From assembly GCF_006345805.1 (NCBI RefSeq), contig NC_042998.1, positions 35,216,001 through 35,280,000 of the forward strand: a DNA stretch of 64,000 nt. Reading direction: 5' to 3'. This stretch comes from Octopus sinensis. Taxonomy: Eukaryota. Below, in pieces: positions 39,440 to 51,624 of the stretch. Each line of letters starts with the position of its first letter. Position 1 is the stretch's first letter. The notes below the pieces were generated by a model. That model searched no databases, was not told the DNA's origin, and was given only the letters and a program-made list of their open reading frames with translations. A program made the position numbers and the translations under genes.

Positions 39440-39925
39440 ATATTGATTTCAAATTTCGGCACAAGGCCAGCAATTTTGGGGAAGTGGTTAGTGGATTGCA
39501 TTGACCCCGCCCCCGTACTCAACTGGCAATTGTTTTATCGACCCCGATGAAATGCAAAGTCGATCTCGACGGAATTTGAACTCAGGACGTAAAGACGGAT
39601 GAAACGCCAGCATCGTAAAGATTCTACAAGCTGGACGGATCGATGTGTATTGGAATTTAACGTCATTCTTTAAACACACCAAGGCGTCGAGCTTGTCCAA
39701 TCGTTAGCACACCGGACCAAACGCTTAGCGGCATTTCGTCCGTCTCTACGTCCTGACTTCCAATTCTGCAGAGTTCAACTTTGCCTTGTACTTATTTTAT
39801 CGATCTCTTTCGGACTCAATATAATAAGTACCAGTTGAGCTCTTGGAGTCGATATAATCGACTTAGCTCCACCCCACTCCCGAAATTGCTAGACTTATGC
39901 CAAAATTTGAAAGCGATATTAATAC
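39440..39925. mobile_element. Two old, divergently oriented SINE A-related copies with the alternative tail
   Basis: Minus copy ~39440-39610 and plus copy ~39680-39925. Confidence 0.65.
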
Positions 39926-39972
39926 ACATCTAATTTTGCCCAATATATGTATATAAAAATATATACATATAT

Positions 39973-40250
39973 AAATATTAGAGAGTGACCACTATGTGGT
40001 TCACTCTTGTGCTAAAAATAGCTCCACTAATGGTATAGCCACTAAAAGTTGTTTCCAAGAAGAAATACCACTACATTTAACGTAAGGTAAGTGAAACACA
40101 ACGAATTGTTAGCACAAGAGTGAACCACATAGTGGTCACTCTCTAATATTTACGTATAAATTTATATTTTTCCCTTGGTTATTTTGTGCTAAGCCACTTG
40201 GTGTTAAATTGATGGTATTATTAAATTAATATCAAATTTTCCACCCTCAT
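39973..40250. repeat. Fold-back element between TA-rich tracts
   Basis: 43-bp inverted arms at 39973-40015 and 40109-40151, plus a unique flank reading aaatgagggtg on the minus strand. Confidence 0.7.
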
Positions 40251-40256
40251 TTATAA

Positions 40257-40355
<99 letters not shown>

Positions 40356-40507
40356 ACACTTATTTTAGTGCTGTTGACACCGCCGGATTGAATGGTACTG
40401 CCCAGGTGTCGAAACCATAATGACATCCGTGGGGCAGCTGATGATGGAAGCATGCTGGATTGTTAGTATGGCTGTGGAATAGTATCATAACACATCCTTT
40501 TGATATA

Positions 40508-40547
<40 letters not shown>

Positions 40548-41246
40548 TATATATGATATAATATGATATAAAAAAAGCTCACACTTTTAAAGGTGAGGTA
40601 TAGTCAAGTATATCGACCTCAGCACTTGGCTGGTACTTATTTACTTGACTGCGGAAAAATGGAAATATAATACCACCTAGGCGATGTTTCGATACAAAAT
40701 TGAAACCAGACTTCCTAACGCATTTTCTCTGTTCTAAGTATTCTGCCACAGCGTGACTGAATTTCTTTGAAATGTCAGAAAGTGTATATTAATCACATAA
40801 TCATCATGATCTGACTGGCGTTCTGCAGTTCGAGACAATTCAGTAGAAAGAAAAATTTTTTTGCTATAAAATTTGATAAAAGACTTTCATATTTATAATT
40901 TGTAAGGTGAGTTTGTTTACCTTGAACGTGACATTTCAAAAAATAACTTATATTCATTTTCTATCTCATATCAAAATTCTTTGAAATATCATATATTACA
41001 ATTTGAATGTTTCCGATGCTTCATAACGGCTTTGAACTTTTAAGTACAATACAGTTCTTCCGCAATAAACATGGTTTCGTATAAAGATTTAACGACACAA
41101 TTGTGAAAATGATAATTAATCGAGCCAATACTGAAACTTCGATATACTCACTGAACTTGTTAGCAATAAAATTTAAACATACCTCTAATAACATTAATAA
41201 CATTCTATGTTGTTAAAGTTAAGAGGCGCATTCAATAATGTAGATA

Positions 41247-41640
41247 ACCTGGACGTTATCAAAGAAGCTTGAGAGGCGGTTGGATGGAACCTACACTCGC
41301 CTCATTATGAGAGCTCAAAATCTCTCGTGGAAGCGCCATCCAACCAAAATGCAAATATATGGGAAACTACCACCTGTGTCATCTCTTGTGAAAGGTAGGA
41401 GAGTCCAGTTTGCTGGACATTGTTGTAGAGCTGAAAAAGAAGTAATTTCTACTCTTCTCCTCTGGAAGCCATCTACTCGCAATACCAGAGGGCGCACACT
41501 CTCCTACCCTGATGTAATCTCCAGGGATACAGGCATCCAGCAACAGGACCTCCGTAATGCCATGATGGACCGTGAAGTCTGGCGTAGCATGGTAAATTCC
41601 ATTGTCTCGACCACGGTCGAACAATGATGAATGATGATGA
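41247..41640 (+). mobile_element. 5'-truncated RTE-type LINE
   Basis: TWTLSKKLERRLDGTYTRL..RRVQFAGHCCRA..MMDREVWR; (TGA)n tail; TSD aatgta(g/c)ata at 41237 and 41641. Confidence 0.85.
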
Positions 41641-42264
41641 AATGTACATACACAACTGTATAAGGAAGTTAACCATTTGTTTGATCCGTGTATCACAGGT
41701 AATACACAGGATATATTTCCGTGATGCGTATGCATCAGGTATTGATACACATTCCTGATTGTTTTCAATCCTCAGAATAACTTGTGACTTATGAAAGAAA
41801 AGCGTTCTATTACTCAAAACGTATGAAACAGGGCTGACTTAAAGTCTGGAAACAACCATGGACGCTTTGAACAGGCAAGGGGTTAAGGTTAAGGAGTTAA
41901 ACTAATAAAGCATTCTTAGCATTTTTCTGTCTGCACGGCGCTAATAAATGATACATAATCACAAAAACTAAAAGGAATAATTTGTCAAGCAAGAATTAAT
42001 TATAATATGGGATAATAAAGAGCGCTACTCGAACGAAGTTAATTAAATCAACCCGTGAAAGTTAAGTAGGTCTTCTTTTACTGTCAACTGATAGATTAGA
42101 TTTAAACTAGCATCAGTTAGATTTGGAGCCAGAAAAAAAACCTCTTTGACGTTGATATTGAATACTGTCAATAATGCTTCGTATATGCATTGAAGCGTGA
42201 TTGTGTATGTATGTGTGAATGAGTGTACTATATATGCATATATGAATTTTCTATCACGGCACAT

Positions 42265-42303
<39 letters not shown>

Positions 42304-42304
42304 G

Positions 42305-42373
<69 letters not shown>

Positions 42374-42434
42374 GGATGGATGGATGGATGGATGGATGGA
42401 TGGATGGATGGATGGATGGATGGATGGATGGATG

Positions 42435-42486
<52 letters not shown>

Positions 42487-42497
42487 TAGATAGATAT
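42265..42497. repeat. (GATA)n(GGAT)n(GATA)n microsatellite
   Basis: Direct reading. Confidence 0.95.
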
Positions 42498-42540
42498 AAT
42501 ACTTACAAGGTGAGAAAAAGTGTACGGACGCGTGGGGGGG

Positions 42541-42726
42541 GGGCAGCCAGATTTGAATAGTTTCAAGTGTAACTGCCAGAAACTGTAATGATAATTTGGT
42601 AACTTGACTGATGATAGGAACTTGCGAATGATTCGTCCTCGTTTTTTTTCCTGTCCGCCTTTTTATTGTTTTCCCTGTCCGGTTGTTTTATTGTCGTCTG
42701 TTGCATTCTTGTTCCATCTTTTGGAT
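42541..42726 (+). repeat. Unclassified ~185-bp repeat, copy 1 (copy 2 at 43296-43482)
   Basis: Shared caagtgtaact..gaaactgtaa..ctgatga..gcgaatga..cgtcc..gttccatcttttgga. Confidence 0.7.
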
Positions 42727-43295
42727 TTATATATACATATAGCGACGTACGTACACTTTTGCTCACCTTGTAAATAAGTTAGCATCTAAATTTTGTACGA
42801 CTCTTTTACTCTTTCTTTTAGTCCCCCTCATAATTTCTTCTTTCCTCTTTTCTTTTTCTCGTTCCTCCTCTCCCACATTTCTTGGCCTTCTCTTTATTTA
42901 AATCCCACCTTTCCTCCTCGTTTATCTCCCTTGTATCTTTCTCTATGTCCTTTTCATTTCCTCTCTTTCTCGTTCTTCCCCTACCCCCTCAATCCCTCTG
43001 CCCGCTACCTCTCTCTTTTCTTTCCTCTCTTGTCTTGACTGCCAGCCGCGAAGCATCTCTGATATTCCTGTCTCTTGACCTCCATCTCTTATGTTCCTGC
43101 CTCAAGGCTTTCACTCTAAACACGCTAGCTTAACTTGATTCGTCTTTATTATTCGAAAGACACATGCTGTTACTTTCTTGTTGCTTGTATTTGTAATTGT
43201 GTAACATATTCTCTGTTTTTGTCTTTGTTGTTGCAGACATTCGCTTGCTTTCTTCCAAAAAGTTTAATGCTCTTAGATTAGATTTTTTTGTTGTA

Positions 43296-43482
43296 GGACA
43301 TCCAGATTTTAACAATCTCAAGTGTAACTACCCGAAACTGTAAAGATAATATGGTAACCTGGCTGATGAGGAATTTGCGAATGAACCGTCCTTGTTTTGT
43401 TTTTTTCCTGTCCGTCTTTGTATCGTCTATCTGTCCGGATATTTTATTGTCGTCTGTAGCGTTTTTGTTCCATCTTTTGGAT
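43296..43482 (+). repeat. Unclassified ~185-bp repeat, copy 2
   Basis: Diverged direct repeat of 42541-42726. Confidence 0.7.
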
Positions 43483-43505
43483 ATATACATGCATACATAC
43501 ATACA

Positions 43506-43538
<33 letters not shown>

Positions 43539-43555
43539 CAATATATATATATATA

Positions 43556-43780
43556 TCAATAATTAAGGGTAAAACTAATTAGTTATTAATCAATTTCACC
43601 AAGTAGTGTTCAGTATGTAAAAGGACTATTTAAGGCGTATTCAAAATATTACATTATATAATTAGGGTTGAGTAAAATAAATTACTTTGCCACATACTGA
43701 CATTTTTAGAAATACCAGCCAAAAACTTTTTGGCTGCTATTTCTAAAAACGTCAGTATGTGGCAAAGTAATTTATTTTAC
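43556..43780. mobile_element. Fold-back element related to the 556-bp tandem unit
   Basis: First ~170 bp are homologous to 59693-59860; 54-bp arms form a hairpin at 43672-43780; TA tracts on both sides. Confidence 0.75.
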
Positions 43781-44958
43781 ATATATATATATATATATAT
43801 GCATTATCAGTGTTATATGTATTCATATATGCAAGTGTGCATGTGTGCGTGTGTGGTGATTCCACACAGATTCTGTCTTTCATATTTCAGTCACAGGCAT
43901 CGGTAAACCCAAGGCTACAGGAGACTACTCAATGGCACTTACCAGTATGCAATGTAAGGGGAGAGAATTATAAACGATGAGGCTACAGAAATAACTTCAT
44001 AACAACACAGTTACGCTTTCGTTCGTCTATTAAACCATGTGTATATGATTTGAGTAATATATACACGAGACATGTATATATGATTTTGGATAATATATAC
44101 ATGAGACGTATATAATTTGAATAATATATACATGAGTAGAGTAATTTTTTCATTTATTACTTTTTTAGAAAATTTATTTATGATTCACAAAAGAAAAGAA
44201 ACCTTTTGGAACTTCTTTTTATAGCCAGACCGCGCTCTCTCCGATTCACATTACACAACCGACTGTAATTTTTTCATAATATATTTTCTGAATTCTGTGA
44301 TTTAAAGATAGTAGATTAGATTTCTAAAAGTGAGAATCAATTTTTATGGTGTTAAGATTAAGAATTAGAAGTTACACTTCAGGGTTGGGAGTTAGAGTTT
44401 AGCGGTTTTGTTTAGGATTGAATGAACAGACCTGAAGAATTGAATTTGTGAATGTTTTTAAAACTGGAATCGCCAATATTCAAAGCATATAAATCCGAAG
44501 AAATTTTCTCAAAAATTTAAATATAACTTATTGGATCATAGCAGAGCATCATTTGTACATTGATGAATATTTCATATACTTTGTATATATCTTAAAAATA
44601 ATAACGGATCTCTTGCAGTCAGAATACAGCTCTGTTGCTGCCTTAATACTGAAACCTAATAAAGAAAGGGAAGTTGCAGGCATGGAAGAATGTGAAGCAC
44701 ATAAAAGAGAAAAAGAGAAAATGGAGGAAGAGAGAATAAACTGTTTGGGTGAAGGAAAAAGAAAAGGAAAAGAAGAGATGGATGCTAGAGTATATATACT
44801 AATATTTACAATTGACAACTGTATAGTAACAGCTCTTTTAACGGCAATTGCCTCATCAAAAGAGTTATTTTTAGGGCTAAGTTCCAGGTCAATAATACTC
44901 CTACTAGTAAGCTTACACCGGAGCCACCGAAAATAGCTTAAAAACGAGATCTTATCAA

Positions 44959-45174
44959 CAAAAAGACTCCTTTAAATACCCGGTAAACATTACATCAATG
45001 AATTTACCAGAACATGTATGGCAATTAAAAGAAATTTATTCCGCTCCTTTCAAAATCCATTGCTCTATCTTGGAAAGAGCAAGCCTATACAGAAATGGAT
45101 CCTACCACCGTTTTATATGTGTGTTATGCTTAAGTGAAAAATATTTTCCCTCTTTCAAGAGAAATCGACCTTGA
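44959..45174 (+). pseudogene. Decayed Penelope-like GIY-YIG endonuclease C-terminal fragment
   Basis: SFKYP..EHVWQLKE..KIHCSILERA..YRNGS..CVLCLSEKY resembles the PLE endonuclease end (CxLCLxEK). Confidence 0.6.
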
Positions 45175-45463
45175 ACAGTCAATATGAGCTTTTGAACTGT
45201 TGTTGGTATTCTTCAAAGTTTCTGGTTTTGCGGTTTTTGCCACCGAACGATTAATACATTAATATTGCCACTTTTTCACTACCACATTGGCTTTATTGTT
45301 TTTCGCAGAACTTCGATTAAGTTGATATTTTTCCTCAAATATTTTCGCATATATGCAATCCTGAACTTGAAATGTTTCCTTTCGACAGTCGTTTTCGATA
45401 TATATACATACATACATATTATATATAATATATATATATATATATATAATTATATATATATAT

Positions 45464-45645
45464 AAAGTTAATCCAAACAAGAAAGCAAAAAAAAACACAA
45501 CAACGCGAGGACGTGGAACAAAATAGTATTATTGGACGCTCAGGAAAGAAGGAAAGAAGGAGGTTTAACGTTTCGAGCGGAGCTCTTCGTCGGAAAATAG
45601 GAGAAGGGAAGACAGAGGAAAAAATCGCCAACGGTACACACGAGG

Positions 45646-45647
<2 letters not shown>
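45464..45647 (-). mobile_element. Element E, copy 2, between TA tracts
   Basis: Homologous to 20570-20780. Confidence 0.7.
45563..45597 (-). ncRNA. Minimal hammerhead, core mutated (CCGACGA)
   Basis: Perfect stem II GAGC/GCUC and GAAACGUU-AAAC, but U4 is changed to C. Confidence 0.5.
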
Positions 45648-45709
<62 letters not shown>

Positions 45710-45738
45710 ATATATATATTATATATAATATATATAAT

Positions 45739-45774
<36 letters not shown>

Positions 45775-46135
45775 GGCGTAGGAGTGGCTGTGTGGTAAGT
45801 TTGCTTACCAACCACATGGTTCGGGTTCAGTCCCACTGCGTGGCACCTTGGGCAAGTGTCTTCTATTATAGCCTCGGGCCGACCAAATCCTTGTGAGTGG
45901 ATTTGGTAGACGGAAACTGAAAGGAACCCGTCGTATGTATGTATGTATGTATGTATGTATGTATGTATGTATGTATGTTTGTGCGTCTGTGTTTGTCCCC
46001 CCAACGTCGCTTGACAACCGATGCTGGTGTGTTTGCGTCCCCGTCACTTGGCGGTTCGGCAAAAGAGATCGATAGAATAAGTACTAGGCTCACAAAGAAT
46101 AAGTCCTGGGGTCGATTTGCTCGAGGCTAAAGGCG
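45775..46135 (+). mobile_element. SINE B
   Basis: Match to family B; tail truncated. Confidence 0.85.
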
Positions 46136-46151
46136 ATATACATATATATAT

Positions 46152-46213
<62 letters not shown>

Positions 46214-48264
46214 TGATACTTTTTATTTAAGTCCACCTCTTTCATTATGAACTTTTATCGACCACTATGGAAGTTTTACACACATTTGTTACGATATTAC
46301 ATTTTACTTTATTGTATTACTTGTTTCCATAAATTATAACCCATACCTTGGATTGATAGTTTTAATTTTTTACATATATATGGCCGCAGTCTAATGACTA
46401 GAACAAATACAAGATACCAATGTATATTTTTTCATGTTCTTACATATTTTGAAAGTGATTTTGATTGCTTTATTTTGATGGGTCCTAGTTTCTGTGTTTG
46501 TGTATCCGTCTGTTTTGGGTTTTTGCCTTCTCTGTACCTTCCAGTGATAATATATGTTGTTCTCCATCAATTTAATTTCTCTCTCTCTATTGAATGATTT
46601 TTAATCGCTTCCACCTCCCAAATGACTGCGCTTGTCTATCATATTTGTTAAAAGTCACATGTAACTATTAGCATAGTTTAACTTAAAACCCACCTCTTTT
46701 CTCCTTTTTCCTTCTCTCTTCCCGCTTCCTTGCATCTTTTCTTTCTTCACCCTTTCTTTTTATCTTCTGTCTTCCTCTTCTTTCTTCCCCTACACCTCCT
46801 CCTTTCTTTTTACTGTTCTTATTTTTTATATTTTTATTTTAATTCATGACCATTATCTGGAAATCTTTCGTCACACATCTGTGACCTCTTTAGTGACACT
46901 TTTCGTTTCCGTGTGTGCTCTTGCTCCACTTACTCTATTTGGTTCTTCTATGATCTGCATCCTTTCGTGCGCATGTATTTGTGTCTATGGTTGTGTGTGT
47001 GTGTGGTGTGGTGTATGTATGTATGTATGTATGTATGTATGTATGTATGTATGTATATGCAGGTGAGTGGAGAAATGAAAGAGGCACTCAACACACTTAG
47101 TATGAGTTACATATAAATCAGTTTGATTCAGCCCCGTGCACCTTAAAGCTTCGCAAGCTTCTTACTCAAACCTGGCTCGTCGTGCGCAGTTAACTGAATG
47201 GAGAGATGCAAGAAGTCGGAGATACCTATCTGGACTGCTATTGGTCAAGGTGGGTCACATGGTGCTGTTAGAAATGAGATTGACTTAAACCCATTTTTTT
47301 TAAAATCCGACATGCATCTCGTAGTCTCCTTTTAGTACACTCAATATGGAAGCACTACACATTTGGTATAATTCATTAGAAATAAACTGGTTAGTCATTA
47401 GAAAATCTACTCGATGCCCCCATCGAATCTAGCGGATATCAATTCTACCTGGCAGAAATTGTAATATCCTAATGAAGAGCTTCACGCTAATGAATGGATC
47501 TCTAAATGCCGACTCAAAGATCAATATTTTGATGCTGATCTTCGGGATGTATACCTGACTTTATAGACATCGGGAAGCAACTTAAAAAAGCTTTCACAGA
47601 AGCAATAAACAACAACGGAAGCAGCATGAATACCTGAAGGTAATCATGATCTACAATTTAACCTTCAAGTAGTGTTAGAACACAGAATACTGAGTTAATT
47701 ACCTCGAGATGACCTCTCAAATAGACTCATGTTGCATAAATACACTCGTAGATGAGGACCGTCTGTCAACGGAAGCAGACTGTTCTCATCTTTCAATGAG
47801 ATAAATACGAATGCATTTATGCGCCACGATTCTATACGAGTCCTCTCAAGGTAAATAACGCAGTAATCTGTGTTATTTCACAGAAATATTTTTTGATATA
47901 CAAACACCTTACAAAAATTATCTCACGGAGCTTGTCATAAAATAATCTCCATAAAACACCATAAAAATTACGTTTACATTCACGAAATTAATAGTTTCCA
48001 TATTTCGTTCATCCGTTTTTATATCTATACTTGCTTCATATTTTCGTATTTCTATACATGCGTTTTTTGATCAAATATTTATTATTTTGTGAATATTTTC
48101 ATGATATCTATAATGTTTGATTTCATTTTTATCACATTTTGTGTACAGGTACGTTTGTGACAATATGTGTCAATTTTTATGCACAGTGCGTCTGCTTAGA
48201 TGTACGTATGGTTAAGTGTTTATGCGTACGTATATAAAATATGTAATTGTATGTGTGCGTGTAT

Positions 48265-48357
<93 letters not shown>

Positions 48358-48377
48358 TACACACACATATTTATCAT

Positions 48378-48728
48378 TTACTGGTTCCAACCTTTGGACT
48401 GCGGCCATGTTGGGTTACCTCTTTGATGGGTTTAGACAAACAAATCGACCCCCGTACTTATTCTTTTTAAGACTACAACTTACTTTGTAAGTCTCTGTTG
48501 TCGAAGCGCTAAGTTATTGACACGTAAACGCACCATCACCGGTTGTCAAACAGTGGGGTGGGGACAAATACAAAGACAAGCACACACAGATCGCCTACCA
48601 AACCCGCTGACGAGGCTTTTGAAGGCCCGAGGCAATAGCAAAAGACACCTGCCAAAAGTGCCACGCAGTGGGACCGAATCCGAAACCATGTGGTTAGGAA
48701 GCAAACTTCATACCACTCAGCCACGCCT
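48378..48728 (-). mobile_element. Older SINE B
   Basis: Diverged match to family B. Confidence 0.75.
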
Positions 48729-49116
48729 ATAAAACTATATATGTATGTTTTTTATGTTTTATCTTTACACCTTACTTGTTTCAGTCATTTGACTGTGGCC
48801 ATGCTGGGGCATCGCAATCGCATGATATATATATATATATATATTTAAAAAAAGGAGATGTGGAACACGAGCTGTGATACATAAAAAAGGAAATGAAGAA
48901 AATGCTGACAAAATAATTTAAGTAATTTAAGTAATTTAATTAGGTTAAAGTTCTTTTTAACCGGTTGCGCATTTGTTTGCTTATCAAAAGATTAGAGTTC
49001 TTTCTGATAGATTTTTTCATATATATATATATATTTTATATATGTATATATGTATATATAGATATATATATATATTATATATATTATATATATAGATATA
49101 TATATATATATATATA

Positions 49117-49157
<41 letters not shown>

Positions 49158-49195
49158 GTAGATAATAAATTTTGTTTGGTAAAGCACGTGGGTGA

Positions 49196-49489
49196 ATATA
49201 TAAGAAAATAGTAAAGTGTGAAAAAACGACAGAAGGCTTAAATGTTATAAAATATATATATTTGTGTCAAAATGTCTGGAGAATATTGGAAAAATTTTTT
49301 TCCTTTCCTTAAAATGACATAATTTAAAAATTTTAAAAGAAATTACCGGTTTCGCGTGTAGCTTTTCAAATTTCTTGTGACGTTATGTTTATATTGTATG
49401 GAATTATCGTTGTTTTTATTTCCAGGAGATTTCTAAATAAGGGGAGGTAGTGAGTGATTTTTTCCGGTGTAGGGGAGATAATCGCTTAC

Positions 49490-49528
<39 letters not shown>

Positions 49529-51622
49529 CCATTTCCTTGTTAATTTCTCTGTGTCAGTATGTTCGGATGGTTGAGTCTGGGTTTGTACTTTTCAATGAAG
49601 AATGTTTCCTTGTTCAGTCTCATTTGTGTTGATGATCCGAAAGCACATTGGTAAAATGGGAAGATTAAAAATTGTGGCAGTAGTTGCTTTGCGCATTTCT
49701 CAATGTGCTCACTAAAAGGTATCATTCTATATTCTGGGAATGCAATCTGTTGTCGATGCAGTGTGCATCTGCGCCTGAGTGATAGTCCCGTGGAACCCAC
49801 GTAGTCTTGGTGGCAGCCCGAGCATTTAATAACATAAATTATGTTTTCAGAGGCACAAGTAAAGTTAGATTTGATCTTAAATTTCTGTCCCTCTTTAAAG
49901 AAGAATTCTGATCCTTCCAATAGGTTAGGACATGTTGCACAGTTCGATCTACCACATTTTTTTACTTTTGCATCCGTAATTTTAGAGGACAATTTTGCCT
50001 TTGTGAGAATCTTTTTAAGTGATTTTGGCTGTTTGTAGCTTTTAATGATTTGGTGTATGTTTAGAATTTCCTTTAATTTTGGTTTTTATGAAGTATTGGT
50101 AAATTCTGGGTGATGATGGTGAAGGCTTCTTTGTTTCTGGGGTTGTATGTAGATATGTAAGGTAGTATTTTCGGGGAAGGTGTGTTGTTGTGTTGAACTT
50201 TTCTTAAAGTTTCTATGTTGATTTCTGTTGCCCGTCTGACCCCATCCTCTATGAGTTGAGCTGGGTAATGTCTGTCAATTAGGGTGGTTTTTTGAGTTCT
50301 TGCAGTCTAAAGTTCCTGGTATTTTGTTCTGACACTATTGTGCATATCCTTCTTGCAAGGTTGAAGGGGATGTTTGTTTTAGTGTGTCTTGGGTGGCATG
50401 AATTAAAAAGAAGGTATTGTTTGGCGTCTGTGGCTTTGTAAAAAATGTCTGTTTCTATTTTAAGGTTAATTTTTTTAATTAGTATATCCAAGAACGGGAG
50501 CTCCTTTTGGTTGTATTCCATTGTGAACTGTATATTTGGGTTTATGCTGTTCAATAGGTTTTTAAATTTTAGGAGTTTATCTATGTTTTCATTCCAGAGA
50601 ATGAAACAATCGTCTAGGAATCGTTTCCAATTCTCTTTTATGTATTGAGAGAGGGAGTTTCCAAAGATTGATAGAGATTCCTGGTAAATGATTATTTCCA
50701 TGTATCCCATTGTTAAGTTCGCAATGACTGGTGCTGCCCTTGTACCCATAGCAATTCCGGATTTTTGACGGTAAAATGTATTGTCAAACATGAAGTGGTT
50801 ATTGTGTAGGATGAATTCAATTGATTTAGTAATGAATTCCTTACTGATCCTTTTTTTATTTCTTCCGGAAATTGGTCTAACCAGAATTGTATTGCCTCCA
50901 GTCCATAATTATGAGGTATACTGGTATACAAGTTGACTACATCAAATGAAACCAGGATTGTTTCTTCCTTGGTTTTTTTTTGGAAGGTGGTTTAACATAT
51001 CTAAGTCATCTCTGATATGGCTATCGATATGTTTAAGGAAGGGTTTCAAGAGGATGTCCATAAGTAGACTTAGTCTGTGTGTTTCACAGGTTGGGCAGCT
51101 ACAATGGGTCGTAGTTTTAGGTCCCCCGGATTAGGTGTGTGTATGTATGTCTTTGGTGATTTTTTAATGTTTCATTTAAATTTGACTTTTATGAAATTTT
51201 GGCAGACCATAGAAAAGGCTAGGTTTGCATTTAAAGTTTGTTAGGAAATCAATCTCTTTGGTTGTCAGTTCCTTTTCATGGGTTTAATTAGTGAAGATAG
51301 AGTTTTCATTATTTTTTGTGGGGTGTAGTTGGTAATTTTTTTCATAATGTAGGTCTTCATCAAGCAAGGAAATTACAAGATTTCTGTAGTATGATTATCC
51401 ATTATTACACTGCATTTCCCTTGTCCGCTTCCTTAATGGTTATATCTTCATCATTTTGGAGTTCTATCATTCTTTCCATTGTGTATTGTTAAATGGGTTA
51501 GCTTTCTGTTTATGTATAGTATGGTAGGGAAGTCTCATGTGGTTACAGAATTCGTCAGATCTTTATTTCTTCCTCTGTGGGGGAGGTTTTCACTTTTGTT
51601 CTTGACAATGATTTCATCTTCA
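49196..51622 (-). mobile_element. Penelope-like element, inverted 5'-truncated copy
   Basis: Reverse complement of 52610-55028; encodes RT (WKRFLDDCF) and GIY-YIG pieces. Confidence 0.95.
49337..49376 (-). ncRNA. U3-A8 minimal hammerhead in the PLE 3' UTR (inverted copy)
   Basis: Reverse complement of 54851-54890. Confidence 0.65.
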
Positions 51623-51624
51623 AA

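Noticed and set aside
39973-40151. Hammerhead in this fold-back element
   Set aside because: The arm forms a simple hairpin with no CUGANGA/GAAA core on either strand.
51479-51624. ATG/GTG starts for the 215-aa ORF
   Set aside because: They lie in the inverted arm; the in-frame start is created by the junction and is not the element's true start.
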